Shown piece by piece: positions 1 through 13,208 of a stretch of DNA of 64,000 nt. Within the stretch, counting starts at the first letter, position 1, and each line of letters begins with the position of its first letter. The notes below the pieces were generated by a model. The model was not told the DNA's origin. It saw only the letters and a program-made list of their open reading frames with translations, and searched no databases. The position numbers were made by a program, and so were the translations under genes. The DNA comes from Octopus bimaculoides. Lineage: Eukaryota. The stretch covers positions 49,950,940 through 50,014,939 of the forward strand of contig NC_068993.1 in the NCBI RefSeq assembly GCF_001194135.2, written 5' to 3'.

Positions 1-59
1 ATTGTAATCCTAGCATAAAAATAAAAATAGTTACAACTGGATAAGAAATATGCACACAT

Positions 60-101
<42 letters not shown>

Positions 102-1389
102 ATATATATATGTATATATTTATGAAATCATCTTTTGAAACAGTTCTGAAAATAAAAGAGAATTTTAGAATTTTCTGAATGTAATCAAGCATAATGGGAT
201 GTTATTTTAGAAAATATTTACGGGGGTGTGATAGTGGTTGTGTGTGTGTGTGTGTGTGTGTGTGTGCATGGAAGTGGGAATGTGGTTTATTTAAAGTTTT
301 ATTGATAAATGATAGCTTGAGTCTGGTGTCTCATGCTGAACTCTTCTCAGAAGTTACGTTATCTCAGAAGTTTCACGCCAAAGTCTTTGTTTAATTGTTG
401 CATTTATTTTTCTCAGTATGTGTGTATGTGTGTGTGCGCACTTATATGCATTCATTTAAGACCAAAAAGAAGAAAATGCAACTGAAGATTATATGCAGAT
501 GTTATGTAAGGAATTTTTGAGACAAAGATCTGTAAATCAAAATCAATAGAGTATTATTTGAAAACAACATAAAGTTTGGCAGTTTGTTCCTGTCACTGGC
601 ACTGTGTTGCTTCTGTGTCTAATAGACTTAACTTTCAATGGTCAAGTCCACCTAGTGTTATAGAGGTGCTGCATGCAGTATAATTAAACATCATAGGTTT
701 CAATGGCAGCACTGTAGATTTCAGTTACTGAGTTTAATTTACCTACATTTGCATATATACACATACAAACACATATACACATCTCAAGAAAAGCTACCTT
801 TATAGCAACAGAGAACATTCTTATATAAGAGATAAAATTCTCTCCCATCTGCTTAATGCTTTGGATAAAACAAAGATAAACCCTATCCTTTATATTTTCT
901 TGAGTTTCAGAAAAGGATTAACTTATTTTTAAGGAATCTTGCATAAAAAGAAGTAGAATTTATTTTGAATTGAGAAAATTGAAAATTATCCTTTTCTCAA
1001 CCATCATATTGTATACTCAGAGTTTGCTCTGAATGTATGATAAATATATGGGTGACATATACTTACAAAAGCAATCAGTTTTCAGTTTCTTCAGACAATT
1101 ATATTATCTTATAGAACATTTGGAGTTTCATCTTAATATGCGGGATCGAAACTTATCCTCTAGAGTGTATTCATAATTTCTTAAAATAAAATACTAAGTC
1201 TAATACAGGATTCTTCAAAATGTTATTGTATAAAAAAATTTCCAGCAGTTTAAATTCTGTAGTATTCAATTTCATCATAGGACTTTAGGTATTTACTCCC
1301 CTTAAGACACCTTTGGTATCTTAATTTGAGTGAATAGAAGGAATACTGGAGTTTTATGGAAATATTCTATGAAATAAAACTTCCTCTTT

Positions 1390-1775
1390 ACTTGTCACAT
1401 ACATACATACACATACATGCATATGTGCATACATGCATAATACAAACATACATAAAACAAAACATACATGCATATGTATATAAGGTTATATATATATATA
1501 CATACATACACATACATGTATATGTGCATACATGCATGCATATATACATGCATACATACGAACATAAACAAAACATACATACACATACATGCATATGTAT
1601 ATAAGGTTATATATATATATATATATACATACATACACATACATGCATGCATATATACATGCATACATACAAACATAAACAAAACATACATACACATACA
1701 TGCATGCATATATACAAACATACATAAAACAAAACACACAAATCTGCACACATACATACATACAAACAAACAAAA
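1390..1775. repeat. Higher-order tandem repeat (about 110-120-bp units) built from CA/TA/CATA microsatellites
   Basis: catacatgcatatgtatataaggttatatatat occurs at about 1465 and 1585; aacataaacaaaacatacatacacatacatgcat at about 1560 and 1670. Confidence 0.8.
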
Positions 1776-1901
1776 ATACCCTGTTGTTGATGTTGAACTT
1801 TCAATGAAGGAGCCTTGGATCTAGGTTAGAAACCTGTTCTTTCTCTGTTGGCAAGAATCTTGAAATAAAACTGAATAATCACACACACATACACACACAC
1901 A

Positions 1902-1942
<41 letters not shown>

Positions 1943-2059
1943 TTGAACTGACTTTCTATTTTACTTCGTTATCTTTCTCAAATAGATGGAAGACAAAACT
2001 GCCTCTAGCACGTTTTGAATCAGCAACAGTGAGATTTAGAATTATTGATAAAGTTTTTT

Positions 2060-2270
2060 GGTAAAATAATATTGTTGTCTATGTAGGTATTAGTGTATAG
2101 CTTAATTAACAGAGCTGATAAGTATCATTGACTATATTGGTATTAGCATAGTTAACAGAGCCATTAAAAATTGATGACTATAAAGATATTAGTATATTTT
2201 AGTTAACTGATTCAATTAATATTGGTGACTATATAGGTATGGTTAACTGAACCAAAAAAATGACTAAAAA
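2060..2270. repeat. Degenerate minisatellite, about 50-bp unit
   Basis: Recurring tgactata...ggtattag...agttaac(a/t)ga. Confidence 0.55.
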
Positions 2271-3298
2271 AATGTCATTAAATTGTTTTTATAGTTTAGT
2301 TTATCCATTGGGAATCACTCATTCTCCCAATACTTTTTAAGAATCTTATAAAGCTAAATTTGATATTGATTTTCGGGGAGTATTTTTAAAAGCTCAAGTA
2401 CTGAATTCATTGGTGATTTGTTTTTATAGAACCATCTTGAATGGATGTGTAATTTCTGACTACAGTAATAATGATTATATTACCAACTTGTAATAGCAAT
2501 CTTATTAGCTTCAGAAATATTAATTAATGTATGTACATTAATCAGTATATATTCTTCACAGATCGTGGTCAATAGTAATATACTTCTATCATATTGCTCT
2601 GTATTAGGAAATTTCTAGCTAACCAACACATGTTTTGTTTAAGATTTGTTAAACAATTTATATTTAAATCTGAATCCCAATTTAAAGATATTAAAAGGAA
2701 CATATTTTCTTAGAAACTGCATTTGTTTGTTTTATTGTTTCATCTAAAAGGAATACATACAGAAATAACCCAGCTTCATATTTTGACGAACACCTTCATA
2801 TATGAAACCTAGCATCAGCTGATTTGTTACATGTAAATTAATTATTGTTTTAACTATTTTGACCCTAGCTCATGTGAGACCACTACTTTCGATTATTTGA
2901 TACAAAATCACATATTTTAAAGTGTTCATATTTAAGATAAAATCTTCCCCTCATCAGTTCATGTTAGGACGTTGTACTAAGTTATGTTCTTGGTATCAGA
3001 TTTAATACAAATGTCAAAAGTTATTTTGCAAAATGAAAACTTAGTTATTTAGCTCAATCCATCAAATTCTTCATAAAAAGCACAAAATCGTTGAAGCACC
3101 TACATTTCATCATAAATCTGGTCAAGGGCAGTGAGCAAGCAGAAACAGAATGCTAGGCAAAATCCTTAACCACATTACTTCCAACATTTTATATTCTGAG
3201 TTCAGCTTCCACTAAGGTCAGCTTTGCTTTTGATCCATTGAGGCTTGATAAAATAAGTACTAGTCAAGCACTGAAGTTGATGTAGAAATGACTATTAC

Positions 3299-3365
<67 letters not shown>

Positions 3366-3367
<2 letters not shown>

Positions 3368-3695
3368 GTTGGGCATTGAACTGGCAGAATTGTTTGCAAG
3401 TTGGGCAGAATGTTCAGTTCTGAGTTCAAATTCTGCCGGGTTCAACTTTGCCTTTCATCCTTTCGGAGTGGATAATTAAGTACCCAAAATTTCAGGCCTT
3501 GTGCATTTAGTAGACAGGATTATTATTATTATTATTGCAATGAATCAGTAGGGTTGCTAGAGCATTAAAAAAATTACTTGACAATTTTTGTCCATGACCA
3601 GTTTAACTTCCCATCCCTTTGGGGGTCAATGGTATCAACTATCCTTTCCCTTCAAAAACGCTAGCCCTGTGCCTAAATTGGAAACGGTTATTTTT
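3366..3695 (+). mobile_element. tRNA-derived SINE family B, two decayed tandem copies inside (ATT)n
   Basis: A-box-like tggcagaattg, B-box-like gagttcaaattc, body caactttgcctttcatcctttcgg...taagtacc, tail ggccttgtgc. Flanked by (ATT)n. Confidence 0.75.
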
Positions 3696-3784
3696 GTTAT
3701 TCTTCATTGTTATTCTTCATTACATGCTCTGGATATAAAATCTTTAGTTTTTTTGTTCTTTTTTCTAAAAACTGTCAAACCTTA

Positions 3785-4052
3785 TCAAATGTAGTACTTT
3801 TCTAAGACTATGAGCTGTTCTAAGGAGGTTAGATTTTTGACCACTCACATATCTTGTCTTGATGCTAAACCATTCTTGGTGATGCATTAATTATGGGGGA
3901 TAGAATCTAATTCACCGATGATAATTGGAATGACTTCTATTTTTGCTACTGGACATACCCACATTCTTGAGATTTCTGCTGCTAACTCAGCATTTTTGGA
4001 AATCAATTCCACTTTTTTGTTGGCAATTTTTGCTTCCTTTTTTGCATCTGAT
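3785..4052 (-). mobile_element. 3' fragment of an R4/Dong-type (REL endonuclease) non-LTR retrotransposon
   Basis: Minus translation gives KKEAKIANKKVELISKNAELAAEISRMWVCPVAKIEVIPIIIGELDSIP and, after a frameshift, KSNLLRTAHSLRKVL. This matches the REL C-terminal pattern (EISRMW...VIPIIIGALG...QKSALLGTAHILRKVL). A (TAA)n tract lies 5' on the element's sense strand. Confidence 0.75.
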
Positions 4053-6273
4053 GTTATTATTATTATTATTATTTTTTTTTTAATAAGGTGGAAGAATGCC
4101 AGAAATGGTAGATCTCTAGACTTACAAATGCTCTATACTATTTAGTATCAATACATTACACTCATGTTCAAATCTTACCAAGGTTGATTCTATATTTCAG
4201 CTTCATAGAGTCGCTAAAACAAACAAGTTGAGGTGGAGCCTATTTACTCTTCTCCACTCCTCTTTCTACAATTTTCTGACTTTCTACAGGTATGGCAGGA
4301 ATCGTAGGAAATTTTGCTGCATTGATCTTTGGGTTTACAGTTTACTTACACCCATGGGATTAAATCCTCTCCAAGCTTTTTTAAACACCATGTTTTGATG
4401 TTTTTATTGTTATCTAACTCCATGTCAACTCCTGATCCAGCAGATCTGTGGTCAAAGGTGTTCCCATTGTGATCACACTAACTTCTATTCAGACAAGGTG
4501 TAACCAATATAAATTTTTTGTTTTTGTTGTTGTATGTAAGATGACAAAGTGTGATTTGATGGAAGTTTAGTTACTGTCTCCGGCAGGTTGAGAGATCATA
4601 TTCAAGCACTTCCATTGGCTTTCTCAGCTGCTAAGATGATGTTTGCAAGTGAGAGGTGTCAACGAAATCAATCAAGCAACTTTGTAGAATGCAGTGCTGA
4701 AGTTGTACTGTTGAAGTAGCTCCTTTGTGGTGCAAAGTTAACTAGTAGAGTGGTAGCATGCATTAGCACCTTTACAATAATAGTAATAATAATAATAGTA
4801 ATAATAATAATAATAATGACAATAGTAATAGCATTAGGGCATTGGTAGTAATAATTCAATAGCAGCAATTGCGTCAGCATTGTGCAGTAATCGTTATAAA
4901 TTACTAACCATCTCCCCCAAGTGTTCTGAGCGGCTGTACTTTAGCCATTAATATTGCCCCCTGTTTAACTGAAATGCATATTTTGCTGCACAGCTAATTG
5001 TGCACACACGTAGTAATAACCTTGCATAATTAAAGTATTAAATAGCATTTTGCTATTTCTGACACCATCTCTGAGTCACACACTCGACTCTGTCACTTTC
5101 AGTAGCACTTCCCTCTCTCCCTCCGTTTCAGTTTCCTTTCTCTCTCTCTCTCCCTCTCTCTTCCCCCCCCCNNNNNNNNNNNNNNNNNNNNNNNNNNNNN
5201 NNNNNNNNNNNNNNNNNNNNNNNNNNNNNNNNNNNNNNNNNNNNNNNNNNNNNNNNNNNNNNNNNNNNNNNNNNNNNNNNNNNNNNNNNNNNNNNNNNNN
5301 NNNNNNNNNNNNNNNNNNNNNNNNNNNNNNNNNNNNNNNNNNNNNNNNNNNNNNNNNNNNNNNNNNNNNNNNNNNNNNNNNNNNNNNNNNNNNNNNNNNN
5401 NNNNNNNNNNNNNNNNNNNNNNNNNNNNNNNNNNNNNNNNNNNNNNNNNNNNNNNNNNNNNNNNNNNNNNNNNNNNNNNNNNNNNNNNNNNNNNNNNNNN
5501 NNNNNNNNNNNNNNNNNNNNNNNNNNNNNNNNNNNNNNNNNNNNNNNNNNNNNNNNNNNNNNNNNNNNNNNNNNNNNNNNNNNNNNNNNNNNNNNNNNNN
5601 NNNNNNNNNNNNNNNNNNNNNNNNNNNNNNNNNNNNNNNNNNNNNNNNNNNNNNNNNNNNNNNNNNNNNNNNNNNNNNNNNNNNNNNNNNNNNNNNNNNN
5701 NNNNNNNNNNNNNNNNNNNNNNNNNNNNNNNNNNNNNNNNNNNNNNNNNNNNNNNNNNNNNNNNNNNNNNNNNNNNNNNNNNNNNNNNNNNNNNNNNNNN
5801 NNNNNNNNNNNNNNNNNNNNNNNNNNNNNNNNNNNNNNNNNNNNNNNNNNNNNNNNNNNNNNNNNNNNNNNNNNNNNNNNNNNNNNNNNNNNNNNNNNNN
5901 NNNNNNNNNNNNNNNNNNNNNNNNNNNNNNNNNNNNNNNNNNNNNNNNNNNNNNNNNNNNNNNNNNNNNNNNNNNNNNNNNNNNNNNNNNNNNNNNNNNN
6001 NNNNNNNNNNNNNNNNNNNNNNNNNNNNNNNNNNNNNNNNNNNNNNNNNNNNNNNNNNNNNNNNNNNNNNNNNNNNNNNNNNNNNNNNNNNNNNNNNNNN
6101 NNNNNNNNNNNNNNNNNNNNNNNNNNNNNNNNNNCACACACATATATACAGACACACACACACTCACACAGACACACAGACACACACACACACACATACA
6201 CACATAAATTTTCTTTTTGTTACTGACACATGCATGACTCTTTCTCTGTCCCAGAAATACAAATGCAACTATA

Positions 6274-6310
<37 letters not shown>

Positions 6311-6314
6311 GAAC

Positions 6315-6351
<37 letters not shown>

Positions 6352-7539
6352 CACACACACAGACGCACATATATATATATGTGTGTGTGTGTGTGTGTAT
6401 GTGTGCGTGTACAGATATATATGTGTGTGTGTGTGTGTGTGTTTGTGTGTGTATACAGACACACACATACACATACATGCAAACACTCACACACTCAGAA
6501 ACATTAAATAACCATCATATAATTACTATACATATAATTGAAATGCATAAACAACATTCTGCCAGCTTGTGGCACATGCAGATTGCACAATATACGCACA
6601 CATATACACACATGCACATTACACAATATACGCACACATATACACACATGCACATTACACACACGTGTCTTCTTCTAATTCAGTTTACATTCTCTTCCAA
6701 TTATTACAACCCTGCTGCTGTTTCCAGATTCCTCTCTCTCTCTCTCTTTCTCTCTCTTCCCCATCCTTAGTTTCTAACTTCTCCCCTGTCTCCCCCCACC
6801 CCCACCCCGACAACAATTACCCTTCCCTTCTTCTTCTTCCACCCCAATATTTCCCCAAATCAGTTCCCTCCCTTCCACCTCCTGTAATAATAGTTACTCC
6901 ATTCTCCCCTGGNNNNNNNNNNNNNNNNNNNNNNNNNNNNNNNNNNNNNNNNNNNNNNNNNNNNNNNNNNNNNNNNNNNNNNNNNNNNNNNNNNNNNNNN
7001 NNNNNNNNNNNNNNNNNNNNNNNNNNNNNNNNNNNNNNNNNNNNNNNNNNNNNNNNNNNNNNNNNNNNNNNNNNNNNNNNNNNNNNNNNNNNNNNNNNNN
7101 NNNNNNNNNNNNNNNNNNNNNNNNNNNNNNNNNNNNNNNNNNNNNNNNNNNNNNNNNNNNNNNNNNNNNNNNNNNNNNNNNNNNNNNNNNNNNNNNNNNN
7201 NNNNNNNNNNNNNNNNNNNNNNNNNNNNNNNNNNNNNNNNNNNNNNNNNNNNNNNNNNNNNNNNNNNNNNNNNNNNNNNNNNNNNNNNNNNNNNNNNNNN
7301 NNNNNNNNNNNNNNNNNNNNNNNNNNNNNNNNNNNNNNNNNNNNNNNNNNNNNNNNNNNNNNNNNNNNNNNNNNNNNNNNNNNNNNNNNNNNNNNNNNNN
7401 NNNNNNNNNNNNNNNNNNNNNNNNNNNNNNNNNNNNNNNNNNNNNNNNNNNNNNNNNNNNNNNNNNNNNNNNNNNNNNNNNNNNNNNNNNNNNNNNNNNN
7501 NNNNNNNNNNNNNNNNNNNNNNNNNGTCTGAATTGATAT

Positions 7540-8029
7540 TCTTGTGGTGGCTGTGGTGGTTGATGCAGAGTCCCTCTCAAATCGGTGGTGGTGGTGGTGG
7601 TGGTGGTGGTGGTGGTTGAGAGGATGTTACTTGCTGTTGTTGTTGGTGTTGTTGTTGTTGTTGTTGTGGTGGTGGAGAGGATGTTACTGTGATTGTTGTT
7701 GTGGAGGAGGAGGTAGTGACAATGGTGATGGTTGTTGTGGTTGAGAGGATGTTGTTGTTGTTGCTGTTGTTGTGGTGGTGGTTGAGGTTGAAAGGATGTT
7801 CCTGTGATTGTTGTGGGGATTTAATGTAGAGATTTTGTTGTGGCTGTTGTGCAAATTGAGATGATGTTATTGTTGTGGTTGCAGTTGTTAACATTCTTGT
7901 CATGTTCCTTGTGGCATGAGTTTAAGGAGCTCATGTTATTGGCGTTCTTAGTGATGGTGATGGCCATGGTGATGCAATTTTGCCTTGGTTAGGTTTGCCT
8001 GTTTATCATAAGAGATTTTAGTACTAGTG

Positions 8030-8061
<32 letters not shown>

Positions 8062-8885
8062 CATAGTATAGCTTCTGGTCAGCTCTGCTTGAGCAGTCTT
8101 ACAATCAAAGAGGCTTTCTAGCCACGGTCACACCATCTTATGGAAACAGTGTCTCTGGGACACATTATCCAGAGATTAGGCTACTATTTTTAGTAGCTCT
8201 AATGACCATATTACAGCCTCCCTTCTTATGGTTGTATTTGTGTTGTTGTTGGCACTCCATCGCTTACAACGTTGAGGGTTCCAGTTGATCCGATCAACGG
8301 AACAACCTGCTCGTGAAATTAACGTGCAAGTGGCTGAGCACTCCACAGACACGTGCACCCGTAACATAGTTCTCGGGGATATTCAGCGTGACACGGTGTG
8401 ACAAGGCTGACCCTTTGAATTACAGGCACAACAGAAACAGGAAGAAAGAGTGAGAGAAAGTTGTGGTGGAAGGGTACAGCAGGGTTCACCACCATCCCCT
8501 GCCGGAGCCTCGTGGAGCTTTAGGTGTNNNNNNNNNNNNNNNNNNNNNNNNNNNNNNNNNNNNNNNNNNNNNNNNNNNNNNNNNNNNNNNNNNNNNNNNN
8601 NNNNNNNNNNNNNNNNNNNNNNNNNNNNNNNNNNNNNNNNNNNNNNNNNNNNNNNNNNNNNNNNNNNNNNNNNNNNNNNNNNNNNNNNNNNNNNNNNNNN
8701 NNNNNNNNNNNNNNNNNNNNNNNNNNNNNNNNNNNNNNAGTGGTGGTGGGGGTAGTGGTGGGGGTGGTTTAATTACAAAACATTGTGATGGTACTGGTTG
8801 TAGCTGAGGTTGTGATGATGGTGCTAGTCATTGTTGGGGTGATTGTGGCAACAGTGGAATTGGTAATAGCTGTTGTAATGTTGTT

Positions 8886-8956
<71 letters not shown>

Positions 8957-9290
8957 ACAGTGATTTTGGAGTGATGATGAGGCTTATGGTGCAGTGGAGT
9001 AAGTGGTAGTGATCGTTATAGTTGTTGGGGAAGCAAGATAATTTTGATGGAGGCAATAATTGTGTTGCTGAAGATGATGGCAATGATGATGATGATGATG
9101 ATGACGATGATGATGGTAGTAACTGGTGGTAGCGACTGGAGTGGAAACGATGGTTGTAATGATGAAATTGTGAAGGTGGTGGTGGTGGTGGTGGTGGTGG
9201 TTATAATGATGGTGACAGGTGGTGGAGTTTTGTTGATTATGATGGTGTGTTGCTTATGGCGGTGGTGTTGGTGGTGGTTTTTAACAATGC
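7540..9290. repeat. G/T-rich mosaic trinucleotide arrays ((GGT)n, (GTT)n, (TAG)n, (GAT)n) with a ~60-bp ggttgagaggatgtt unit at 7610-7810
   Basis: Directly visible. These arrays produce the poly-V/S/L/T ORFs in the track. Confidence 0.9.
8241..8527 (-). mobile_element. SINE family D, well-preserved copy; head presumed lost in the N-gap
   Basis: (ttg)n tail, then ggcactccatcgc...gttgatccgatcaacggaac...gtggctgagcactccacagacacg...gacaaggctgaccctttgaatt. Decayed relatives at about 31855-31985 (opposite strand) and 51490-51595. Strand is inferred from tail position and recalled consensus. Confidence 0.7.
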
Positions 9291-11000
9291 TGGAGTAGTC
9301 TGTGGCACTGTCCACTTCCGACTGTCTTCAAGCTCTAGTTACTTAATTGGAAGAATTAATGGTTGCTAGTTACATATGCTCTCACATTCTCATTTACATA
9401 CACTCTCACTCATATTCACTCATTCATTCAAACACACACTTTCACTCTTATACATGCACCTTTTTATATCCATGCATATTCACACACACACCCACACACA
9501 CACACACACTTGCGCACACGCATTTCCTAAGACAATTTCATTCCAGACACACACACACACACACACACACACTTACACATGTACACCTACAAACACATTC
9601 ATATGTATACAAGCACATACTCAGTCACACACACACACACAAGCATTAACATACACACACATCAATATGTACACAGGTACCCACGCTTTGGCATCACACA
9701 CTACTGATGCAAACTGATACGCTTCGAAGAAACCACCAAGACAATTATTTACACACTCACAAACATCACCCTTTGCTCAGTTTAACCCTGCCACCTAGCC
9801 CTTGGATACTTCAGAAGAGTCCCCTATTCTGAAGTAAGCATTTGTGAAAAGTTCCCAACTTAATGATAAGTTTCTCTTTTTCTTTCTCACCAATCTCTAA
9901 GTTTCTAAAAAAAAATCTAAACAATGCTTGAACATCCCTGACTAAGTCATTACAATAAAAGATGTTACCAGAAATCATATGTGATTATACATGCATATAG
10001 TGTGAATTTCACCTACATTTGAGCATGTATTCTCCCCATATCTCTCACACACATGCACATTTGCACATTTACACAGATATAAACATTCATACACTGTTCT
10101 TCACCTTTTTTAAAACATGCATATGTTGACATAAGTATATACTTACAAATAAATGCAGAGAAATATACACATAAAAATACATACATACACACAGGCCCAT
10201 ATATATGTGCTTGTGTGTAAAATATATATTTAGATATGTTTAAATACATAACATTCACATAGATATATACATGTTTTGTGGGTATGCATTTGTATGCTTG
10301 CGTACATATTCATAGTTCCTTAACTATTACTTGCATATTTACAACCTTATATACACAATTATATATTGATATACATCCAGTCATACTCAATAACCCATCC
10401 ACTCATACTCCATAATTCACCTGCTTATACTCAATGATACAAAATGATACATTAGCTCATACTCAGTACTATAGCCATTCATACTCAACAATATATCTTC
10501 ATTTATTCAACTCACATGCAGTAATACATCCATTTATATTTAATAAAATATCCACTTATATATACTTAACGATATCTCCATTTACACACAAAGATATGTC
10601 CACTTATAGACAGATACATCTGCAGAAGTTTGTATGTGTGTGTGTGTGTTTGTGTATCCCCATCAACTACTCGCATTTAAACATTCTTGACTCACACATA
10701 CTCTTTCCTACTTAAACATTCCCTCACACATGCACATGTTCATGCTTAATTCTTTTTCTCCCACCCTTTTAAGCAGATACAAACTTCACACACAAACACA
10801 TGTAAACACAAACTCATGCACATGTGCGTGCAGACAAACTCATTTAAGACACACACACACATACACACTCAGAGATTTAAATACCCGAAGTGTACCTATT
10901 AAGCCTCATATATCCACCCATTATGTCTTTGGCATCATTAGAACCCCCACCGAGGAAAATGCTGCCAACTTAGCTGGACACTAGCTGACCAGAAGCTAAC

Positions 11001-11700
11001 ATGGATCGTTGTCTAGCTGTTTGCTTTATTCTGTCCTTTTTATGGTCAGCCGGTCAGTTGTCGTGTCCACCATTAAATAGCCTTCCAGTAAGGTGCCACA
11101 GCAGGGCCACTCCCCGGACTCTTTTTGAAGTGCCTCATTTTGAAATGGACTCTCATTCTGTTATTACAGCATTCTTGGAAGTCCCCACTTGTTTTTGCAA
11201 ATCTATTAAGAGTATGTGTGTGTGTGTGTGTGTGTGTGATAGAACTTTCAACCTCACCACCCTCTCCTGCAACCTTAATTATAGAACTTTTGAATTCCAG
11301 TTGTAGTCATTGGTGATGATGTGATGCAAAACAAAGACATTGTCCTCTGGTCTATCGCAGTACATACCAATCTAAGTGTTATGACTGGTGGGATCCATAA
11401 GCACTTGTTTTTCTTCTCTCCTTTTCTTTTGAATCTTTCTCTTTCCTCTTTTTCACTCCTGCTCTTCACCCCTTCTTTTTCACAAACACTCTCTCCTTTT
11501 TTTTCTCTCTTTACTTCTTGCTTTCTCCTTTACTTTCTCATTCTACCTATCACTCTCCCCTTTACTATTTCTCTTTCTCTTTCTCTCCTCCTTTTCTTTT
11601 TGCTTCTTCCCTTTGACCTGTTCTCAACACTTTGTAGCTCATTCTCTCTTTTTACATCACACATTATTTTCACTTTTATCTGTCTGTTTGTCAGTCTCTC

Positions 11701-11735
<35 letters not shown>

Positions 11736-11936
11736 ATCTCTATCTCTCTCTCTCTGTCTGTCTGTCTGTCTCTCTCTCTCTGTCTCTCTCTCTCTCTCTC
11801 TCTCATAATCTATTCATCTGGTCATCATATCTTTATCCTCCTCTTACTTTCCACAGTATATATCACAGTGAAAGAAGCCTATCTCTACCTCAGAGACAAG
11901 TTGTACAAGGAAGAAGAGTTCACTTATGACAAATAA
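11001..11936 (+). CDS. Candidate two-exon microprotein (11001-11052 + 11857-11936), 43 aa: MDRCLAVCFILSFLWSAVYITVKEAYLYLRDKLYKEEEFTYDK
   Basis: ATG preceded by an in-frame TGA at 10986; hydrophobic N-terminus; phase-1 donor CCG|GTCAGT; strong acceptor ctttatcctcctcttactttccacag| in matching phase; AATAAA overlapping the stop. No homology recognised. Confidence 0.25.
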
Positions 11937-12289
11937 ACTAATTTAATCATATATAACAACTATACATGTGTGTGTGTGTATGCAATTGTATATATATATA
12001 TGTGTGTGAGAGTGTTTGTGCCTGTCTGTGTGTATGTATGTATATATATATGTATCTGTACGTGACAATACTATAAGCAAATGGTGAAATTTGATTAGTC
12101 TGTTATTTTTGATATAATAAACATATCTGTTCACTCTGCATGTTTATTGAATTCTGTATCAGATAATGTTTGCACCACAAATAACATATATCTGTATTAA
12201 GATATATGTATACAGTATGTATATATGTATGTGTGTCTATATATATATGTTTCTCCACGTGCGGTTAACACAACCCCACTATTTACTGA

Positions 12290-12365
<76 letters not shown>

Positions 12366-12370
<5 letters not shown>

Positions 12371-12797
12371 TTGGAAATGTGCTGTGCGTGAGAAGACCCG
12401 GCAAGCCAAGTAAGATCGTTGCCAGTGCCCCTGGACTGGTTCTTGTGCGGGTGGCACATGAGATGCACCATTTTGAGCGTGGCCGTTGCCAGTACCGCCT
12501 GACTGGCTCCCGTAGGATTTTCGAGCGAGATCGTTGCCAGTGCCCCTGGACTGGCTTTTGTGCGGGTGGCACATAAAAGACACCATTTCGAGCGTGGCCG
12601 TTTTCGTGCGGGTGACACGTAAAAGCACCCACTACACTCTCTGAGTGGTTGGCGTTAGGAAGGGCATCCAGCTGTAGAAACTCTGCCAAATTAGACTGGA
12701 GCCTGGTGTTGCCATCCGGTTTCACCAGTCCTCAGTCAAATCGTCCAACCCATGCTAGCATGGAAAGCGGACGTTAAACGATGATGATGATGATGAT
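12366..12797 (+). mobile_element. 5'-truncated RTE-clade LINE 3' end (or RTE-tailed SINE), well-preserved copy
   Basis: Starts with terminal codons RDLWKCAVREKTRQAK*. The 3' UTR has tandem subrepeats (gatcgttgccagtgcccctggactgg twice) and ends ...catgctagcatggaaagcggacgttaaac(gat)n. It sits between (TA)n(GA)n and (TA)n tracts. Confidence 0.75.
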
Positions 12798-13208
12798 ATA
12801 TATATATATATATGTGCATACACATACACTTGTATGTAACTCCTATGGAAATGTCAGATCATGGTTTATCTTCCTCCTTGAGTTGGTAGGAGTCATTATG
12901 ATATAACAGTGACTTCAATGTATTCTTGACTAATCTAACATTGGGATCACTAATCTTAGGGAGTTGCCTCTCAAAGTACAAGGCCTTCAGAATGTAGGGT
13001 CTTGTTTTGGAATGGTAGAAATCTTGGATCTATTTTAAAACGGGGGCCACATTTTTGATTAATGTTTTACGTAGTGTTTTTGGTACGGAAAGACTTTCAA
13101 ACTTCGTATACTTATCTATTTTGTGTTATAGAACAGAAAAATATTTTTGTATTCGAATTTATTTCATGTAAAAAATTGTCTTATTTTGATAATTTCAACC
13201 AATCACTG

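Noticed and set aside
4290-4363. Terminal-exon candidate GMAGIVGNFAALIFGFTVYLHPWD* with a GPCR TM1-like GxxGN motif
   Set aside because: The polypyrimidine tract appears to be the tail of a decayed family B SINE, and the 'exon' start (tggcaggaatcgtag...aaattttgctgcatt) resembles a decayed SINE head. The frame stops after one helix.
5050-7580. Long ORFs (228-472 aa) in the track
   Set aside because: They consist of X from N-gaps and microsatellite translations. The same applies at 16865-18525, 23735-24234, 24993-25771, 46214-46786 and 50419-50886.
12415-12610. Regularly spaced repeats that could be read as a CRISPR array
   Set aside because: Eukaryotic context, the 'spacers' are themselves repeated, and the block is the tandem subrepeat region of an RTE 3' UTR.
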